DNA from: Octopus vulgaris
Lineage: Eukaryota
Assembly: GCA_951406725.2 (NCBI GenBank)
Contig: OX597816.1
Location: 158,906,001 to 158,970,000 of the forward strand
DNA length: 64,000 nucleotides
Reading direction: 5' to 3'
Below the pieces are notes generated by a model. The model ran no database searches. It saw nothing but the letters and a program-made list of their open reading frames with translations, and had not been told where the DNA came from. Numbering within the stretch: position 1 is the stretch's first letter; every line of letters begins with the position of its first letter. Shown here piece after piece: positions 53,851-64,000 of this stretch. The position numbers and the translations under genes are program-made.

Positions 53851-55552
53851 TGTCAAGCTAAATTTTTTTTTTCGTAAAACTTTTTGCACTGAATATTACA
53901 TGAACTTATTGGAATTTTACTGTAAGTCGCTTTACAAAATATCGAAACAAAATATTACTTTACATATTGCTAAAAAAGTTACTTCACAATTATTAAAACT
54001 TTTTCCTTTTTTTTTTTTTTTTTTTTTTACAAAAGTTTTCTTGAATTCATTTGGACGGATTGAAAGCAATCTGGAAGATTTAGAAGACTTAAATATTTTA
54101 ATAGAATTTCTAATTAATTTAAAAACTACAAAACTATGAATAAAACAAATAAAATTATTTAATTATAATTATCAAGACGTCACCATTATATAATTATATT
54201 TACCAAGATGTTACCATGATAAAAATAACAGAATTCATTATATATCTTGTTTCCATTTATTAAACCCTTTTTTCTCAACTCTTTATCAACCTATCTTTCC
54301 ATCTAGCGTAGTCTCCCTATCTTTTTACATTCTTACCTTATTTCTTTATGCTCCACTCCTGTCACCAACAACTTAATACTGGTATACTAACATATTAGCA
54401 GTAGGAATCCGAACACACATTCTTGTGCGGTGAGTTAAAGCTTATCCACCCACCACATTTTATTATTTATATAATTTGGGCAGAAAGGAAACTATATTTA
54501 GGAATCTAATTACGAATAAGATATTTTGATAGTATTCTGTATTCATATTTAGCCTCCGATTTCCATTTTTGTTTTACATCTGAAATAATAAAAATTTACC
54601 CAACATAAATTTAAATATTAAAGGATTTTTTTCTTCATTGAACAAATTAATAATTAAATAAATTCTAAAACTGAGATAAGTAAGAAATCTTGATTGACTA
54701 TTAATGACACCAATCATCATTATTCAAATTCAATAATTGACGTTACTTATTATAATTTTACTACTGACAAGTGTATCGGTATTTTTTGCAAGCAGCCATT
54801 TTGTGTCCGTTATAAATATCTTCACTGCTTACAGAGAGATTATAAAATTTTGTCAGGTATTTTTCAACAAAAAACCGGACGTGCTATTAGAAGAACTGAA
54901 GTGTATAATTAGTAAAATTAAACTGGTAATCAAGATAGAAAAAAAACAGACATTAAACGTGATGACAATTTACTTCTTTTATGATAGACTAACATATATG
55001 GAGGACATTTACATGTAATTTGAATGGCGATTCGCTTACGTCGACACAAATTCAACATTTTCAAAGAAAGTCTACACTGCTTTTGGGTGAAAACATTAAA
55101 GCTGAAATCGGCGGATCTGAAGACCAAACAAAAAGCCGCCGAAAATATTGCAATGCTCCGAGACTAACATTCCTCTGACTCGGGCCATCACGACCGCTGT
55201 ACGGAATTTTATTGTATAGTTAAAAGTACATAATTTATATAACACGGTACAAATAATCAAAATCCTAAACGATTCTGAATGAGAAAATTTTGCTAGCAAG
55301 TTTTTTATGCAATAAAAACTGGAAATATTAGTATTGCAACGAATTAGGAAACAATAAGTGTGTACATATGGCAATCTACTGCTATAATTTTATTACAATT
55401 GAGGACCGTCACAAAGCATCAAGTGTGTGTGTGTGTGCGCGTGCGTGCGGGTTATTGAAATAGCATACATTTGGGTGGCATTTACATCTAATTATCTGCA
55501 CCTGCATATCTATGTATATATGTATGTATGTACGTGTATATGTGTGTGTGTG

Positions 55553-55596
<44 letters not shown>

Positions 55597-55725
55597 ATAT
55601 ATATATATGGATATATATATATGGATATATATATATGTATATATATATATTATATATATATGTATATATATATATATGTATATTATATATATATATTATA
55701 TATATATTAAATATATATATATATA

Positions 55726-55769
<44 letters not shown>

Positions 55770-55793
55770 CATATATCATATATATATATACAT

Positions 55794-55830
<37 letters not shown>

Positions 55831-55914
55831 AGGACACAGCTTCTAGGCTGAAACGTATAAAATGATAATCGAATAAAAGTACACACATACACACACACTC
55901 ACACACACATATGC

Positions 55915-55959
<45 letters not shown>

Positions 55960-56200
55960 AAACGTTACTCGTAACAAATTTAAGATGATGTACCAAAAGA
56001 TTATTAGTAGATAACACTATAACACCAGAAGAATTTAAAAGACTCATCAAACACGAGTGATCAAAAATCATTGATAAAATCTGTTGATTGATTAGATCAA
56101 TAATCGAAGAAAGTTTATATTTATCCAAATATTAATAAGCGTATGGACACACACACACACACACATGTATACATACGCACATTTGTACATATGTGCGTGC

Positions 56201-56245
<45 letters not shown>

Positions 56246-56938
56246 GAATGGGAAGGCATCTTAATGCTTACAGAATATCAACATTATTAATTTCAGAACA
56301 AGACACAAACAATGGAACTTGAATACAAGAGAAAACTCTATACGCTTATTGCATTGTATGTACGTGCATGTGCTTGTGTGTGTGTGAGTGTATGTGTGTG
56401 TGTGTATGTGTGTGTGTGTGTGTGTGTTTGTGTGTATGTGTATGTGTGTAGAAAAGACATTTTTGTCGGCACCAATATTTAAAGTGTTCTCTCAAGATAA
56501 ATATGATCTCAAACATATACATCCGTTATTCAAAGTCTCTATATCACAGTAAACCGTATGCAGAGGGTGTATAATGAATGCCGAGTGTATAATGCTTATA
56601 CAGAAAATTGCAGCTGGCTTTTTCATGATGCAATATCTGTCGGGTTTATCGTCAGACGGATCGAATATTTGTATCCCGTTATCGATACCAAAATGTTTTA
56701 TCTTGCGCACCTTGTCATTATGGCGAAGGTACTGTGTAATTAATATGCTTGTAGTACCAAGAAATCTGGTATCTTTGCCCTAACGCGGACATCGAGAAAA
56801 CAGAGGAAAAATACTTTGTCACTAGGTTGATATTCCATCAGAAGATTGTCATGTAAGTAACCCATTGATGGATACCATTAATAAAATAAATAAAATATTC
56901 AACCAAAGCCATAAATGCGACTGTATTCTATTAGTCTG

Positions 56939-57038
<100 letters not shown>

Positions 57039-57042
57039 TCTA

Positions 57043-57102
<60 letters not shown>

Positions 57103-57384
57103 TCTATGTCTGTCGGCCTGCCAGCCTGTCTGTCTATCTACCGGCCAATGCGTATGCATATGTATGTAACCTTCCCTGTCTGTTTGCCTGTCTGTTTGGA
57201 TGTCTGTGTGCGTGTGTGTATATAAATATACACATATATATATATGCATGTAATTATGCGCTTGTAATATATGTGTATACGCTTGTATGTGCTTGTATGA
57301 TGTATATATTTTACAAAGGCATATACATATATATCCATGTATACACACACACATGTATATATATGCACATACATATGTGCATAT

Positions 57385-57427
<43 letters not shown>

Positions 57428-57684
57428 TGTGTGTGTGTGTGTAAAACAATTCCATTCCTTACTGAATTCAAGACGTCTGATGCAAACCTAAGATACACAA
57501 ATGAACGCAAAGGCTAGTCAGATTTTCAATATGTCTTTCATTTTTATAAGAGAAAATTGGAAAGGAGCTACATATATTTTCGAAGTACTTAGATTGAATT
57601 ATTTAGACATGATTTTTAAAATTTCACATTTCTTATTCTGGGTTAAGTACAACGAGTTGCTTCCGATGTGTATGTGTGTTAATA

Positions 57685-57748
<64 letters not shown>

Positions 57749-57996
57749 TGTATGTATGTATGTATGTATGCGTGTGTGTGTATGTGTATGCGTCTGTGTG
57801 TCAGTGTTTTCCCACCCACCATCCTTTGACAACCGATGCTACTGTGTTTCTGTGCATTTACGAGCCCCGCAACTTAGCGGTTCGGCAAAAGACACCAATA
57901 AAATAAGTCCTGGGGTTGACATGTTCGACTAAAGACGGTGCTCAAGCATGACCGCAGGCAAATGACAAACAAATAAAAGAATAAAGAATACAGTTA

Positions 57997-58382
57997 TATA
58001 TATATATGTATATATACACACATATGTATATATACATATGTATACATATATATAAATACATATATATATACATATATATATGCATATATATATATCTACA
58101 AATATATATATATACATATGTATATACATATATATAATATATATACATATATATATACATATATGTATACATATATGTATACATATATATACATATATAT
58201 ACATATATACATATATGTATACATATATATATACATATATACATACATATATATACATACATACATACATATATATACATATATATATATATACACACAC
58301 ACACATATATATATATATATACATACATATATATCTATACATACGTATATATACATATATATATATATACATACAGACATAC

Positions 58383-58414
<32 letters not shown>

Positions 58415-58486
58415 ATACATACATTATATATACATATACATATATATATACATACATTATATATACATATATACATATATATATAG

Positions 58487-58539
<53 letters not shown>

Positions 58540-58781
58540 TACATACATATATACATATACAAATATATATATACATATATATATACACATACATATATAC
58601 ATATTTATATACATATATATACATATATATACATATGTATATACACATATATATATACCTATATATACATATATTCATGTATATATATACATATATACAT
58701 ACATATATACGTATATATATACATATATATCTACATACATACATATATACACATATATATACATACATATGTACATATATA

Positions 58782-58837
<56 letters not shown>
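57997..58837. repeat. (TA)n/(TACA)n/(TG)n microsatellite block
   Basis: Directly visible, following a family A 3' fragment at about 57800-57990. Confidence 0.95.
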
Positions 58838-58838
<1 letters not shown>

Positions 58839-58839
<1 letters not shown>

Positions 58840-59245
58840 CCTGGAGGGACTTGTCCCAAACTTTAGCATCGAGAGTTTCACAAATATTAGAACTGGGCAC
58901 CACTGCATAGTGCCAAGGACTCCAAATTTGCCATCAAAATATAGGACAAGATACCGTAAGAGCCTGGGCTTCAGAGGACCACAGCTGTACAATATCCTCC
59001 CGAAGAACCAGAGAGATCTGCCTGGGGTGGATGTAAGTGTCTTCAAAATAACTGGACCTCTTAATGTCAAGTGTCCCAGATGAGTCAACTTCACGGCAGG
59101 AGGTGCAGATGAGAGCAACGGCACCAAAATGTCAATTCCTTAAAAGCATCCGTGAAGTAGAATTATGTAGCAACACCAAATGGCGGTGCCCCAGCATGGA
59201 CGCTGCTCATGAGCTGAAACTAGAACAAATCAAAATTAAAAAAAT
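58839..59245 (+). mobile_element. CR1-group LINE 3' end
   Basis: EGLVPNF...RTGHHCIVP...[29 protein letters not shown]..(frameshift)..[11 protein letters not shown]; the 3' tail resembles the family A SINE tail. Confidence 0.85.
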
Positions 59246-59252
59246 ATATGTA

Positions 59253-59300
<48 letters not shown>

Positions 59301-59640
59301 GTATGTATATATATGTATCTATGTATGCATGTATATATATATATATATAAATATATATATATGTATATATATACATATATATACACATATATATACATAT
59401 ATATACATATGTACATATACATATATATACATATACATATACATATATATATACATATATCTATATATATATACATATATATGCATTTTTATATATATTA
59501 TATATATATATATATATATACATATATATATACATACATATGTATATGCGTATATATATATTCTTTTATTTGTTTCAGTCATTTGATTACGACCATGCTG
59601 GAGCACCGCCTTTAGTTGACAGACCCCAGGACCTATTCTT

Positions 59641-59708
<68 letters not shown>

Positions 59709-59728
59709 TATATATATATATGCATATG

Positions 59729-59792
<64 letters not shown>

Positions 59793-59840
59793 TATATGTG
59801 TATATATATAGATATATGTATGTATGTATGTATATATATG

Positions 59841-59887
<47 letters not shown>

Positions 59888-60376
59888 ACACTCACTCATA
59901 CACACACACATGCATTAGCAGCAATGTATATAAGCGTATACGATGGGTTCAAATAATATTAACTTGGTAAGGCACAATATCAATTTTGCCAGATCTTGTT
60001 GGATTAGATTGAGTTAAACCCTTGCTCCGCTCATTAAATGTGGTTTCCTTTTATTAGCCCCTAGCCCACAGATGGATAATAAGTCGAGTCGCCCTTAGCT
60101 AAACGTTAACGTAAAACAGTAGAGACGCTCATAAGAAACTTCCAGCTTTGCTCTATTTTACTGGCACATGACAATCACGTTATGTACACGTGTCGACATA
60201 CGTGTGTGAGTATGTGTGTGAATGTGTGTGTGTATGTATGTGAGCATGTGCGTGTGTTTGATAAGCGCTATATACGAAACTATAAGCCCTTGAGTAACTT
60301 TCATAACTTTCAACCGATTTAAAGTAATAATGAAATAATAAAGTGATGATGATGATGGTGATGATGGTGATGATAG

Positions 60377-60443
<67 letters not shown>

Positions 60444-60467
60444 GGTGATGATGATAATGATGATGAC

Positions 60468-61899
<1,432 letters not shown>

Positions 61900-62088
61900 T
61901 AAACCTTTAAGTAGGTCAAAGTATATTCTTTAAAAACACTAGCCTTGGGCGGATTAGGAATTAGCGAGCTTCAGATGTTGCCTATAATTACTGGTTATGA
62001 TTAAATATATAAGATATGCTTGAAAAACTCGCATTGGCTTCACAGGTAAGTTCTACATATCTTGTCTGTGTCATATCAGCTCTCGAGC

Positions 62089-62145
<57 letters not shown>

Positions 62146-62344
62146 GATTTCGCTTTTCCAATAGAAATCGCTGCAAACAGACAGGGAAGGTTACATACAT
62201 ATGCAAAGAAAATAAATTCAAAAGGCTATCATAAACAAGCGTCTTATTTGGTCAAACAACTTCATAAAACTCTCATATTCTCACATTATTGAACATAAAT
62301 ACATATTTAAAACGCCCATGCATTCACCAACAAAACCCAAAAGC

Positions 62345-62544
<200 letters not shown>

Positions 62545-62795
62545 AACATAAGTTTCAGAGTGAATCAAAGGTTGAGAGTTTCGTATATATATATATATAT
62601 ATATGGAGAGAGAGAGAGAGAGAGACATACAAAAGGCGATAAAACCTGCAAGAGTACGGATGGAATCGTATGATGAAAATAATATATATATATACACACA
62701 CACGTTCCCGTACATATAGATTATATACTCATGCATTGAATCCTATAGTTCTAGCTTTTTTCCACCAAACTTATATATATGTATGGTTATATGTG

Positions 62796-62861
<66 letters not shown>

Positions 62862-63128
62862 TGTCTGTGTGAATGTGTTCTTGTGTGACTCAATATGTCG
62901 CCCAGTTGATTACCACAAACTAGTTCGTGGGTTGTTTTTAGCGCAGTTCCTTTTATTGCAAGTACTCGATTTGAAGATAAATTCCTCTTGTCACACAACA
63001 GTCCCGAATCACAGAAAAACCAAAACCAAAACCAAAACCAAAAAAAATAAAATAGTAACAGGAATTCCTTTCCCTCACGGACGAGGTGGTAGTGTGTGTG
63101 TGTGTGTGTGTGTGTGTATGGACTTATG

Positions 63129-63191
<63 letters not shown>

Positions 63192-63257
63192 CCGAGGAAG
63201 ACCATTGCTGACCATTAAGAACCTTGTGCACTACATATAAGTATACATACACACACA

Positions 63258-63595
63258 TCTTTTATCTTTTAATTGCTTCAGTCATTAGTCTGTAGCCATG
63301 TTGGATTATCGTTTTGAAGAATTTTAGTCGAACGAACCAACCTCAGTACTTGTATTTTTTTTTATAATTTAAGCATGACACCTATTGTATCTGTTCTTTA
63401 ACGGGAATGTATTACACACCGACACTGGTTGTCAAGCGGTGGAACAGGGACAAACACAACGACGGGCTTCTTTCAGTTTCCGTCTACCAACTTCAATCAC
63501 AAGGCTTTGGTCGGTCCGAAGCTATAGTAACAGACACTTGCCCAAGGTGCCACGCAGTAGGACTGAACCCGGAACCATGTGACTGGGAAGCAAGC
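63258..63595 (-). mobile_element. Family A SINE
   Basis: Reverse copy lacking most of the internal microsatellite. Confidence 0.82.
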
Positions 63596-63652
63596 TCAGA
63601 CGCGTCTGTATACAGAGACAATGACTAACAAGTTTCGGCAGCTAATCCACCA

Positions 63653-63690
<38 letters not shown>

Positions 63691-63730
63691 GAGAGAGATA
63701 TAGAGAAAGAGAGAGAGAGAGAGAGAGAGG

Positions 63731-63870
63731 AGGCAGGCGTGGCTGTGTGGGAAGAAGCTTGTTTCCCAACTACGTGGTTCCGGGTTCAGTCCCACTGCGT
63801 GTCTTCTAGTCTCTGACCGACCAAAGCCTTGTGAGTGGATTTGGTAGACAGAAACGGAAAGAAGACCATC

Positions 63871-63942
<72 letters not shown>

Positions 63943-64000
63943 GTGTTTGTTCCCCTATCACCACTTGACAACTGGTGTTGGTGTGTTTACGTCCCCGTAA
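63731..64000 (+). mobile_element. Family A SINE, runs off the window end
   Basis: ggcgtggctgtgtgg head, gggttcagtcccactgcg, internal TA/TG tract. Confidence 0.88.

Overview
Eukaryotic, AT-rich, extremely repeat- and microsatellite-dense DNA. The SINE repertoire and TA/TG/ATGT/GATA/AAT density look like octopus (coleoid cephalopod) genomic DNA; this is an inference from recalled repeat families. No intact protein-coding gene is recognisable: almost all ORFs in the track are microsatellite or repeat artefacts. The window holds dozens of SINEs of three families (A, B, C), an unclassified older dispersed repeat (X), decayed LINE fragments (RTE, R4/Dong, CR1-type), a mariner/maT relic, a non-autonomous Helitron and TIR MITEs, often nested with clear target-site duplications (TSDs). 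Five non-repeat islands each end in a good minus-strand splice donor (9150, 12274, 20817, 23449, 38798), suggesting the multi-promoter 5' region of a large minus-strand gene whose shared exons lie left of position 1. Other notable signals are hammerhead-ribozyme-like cores in small Penelope-like insertions, a LINE/SINE pair sharing a structured 3' tail, a 39-bp-phased CCAAT array, and a 33-bp minisatellite that appears to derive from the end of repeat X. All calls were made by eye and boundaries of decayed elements are approximate.
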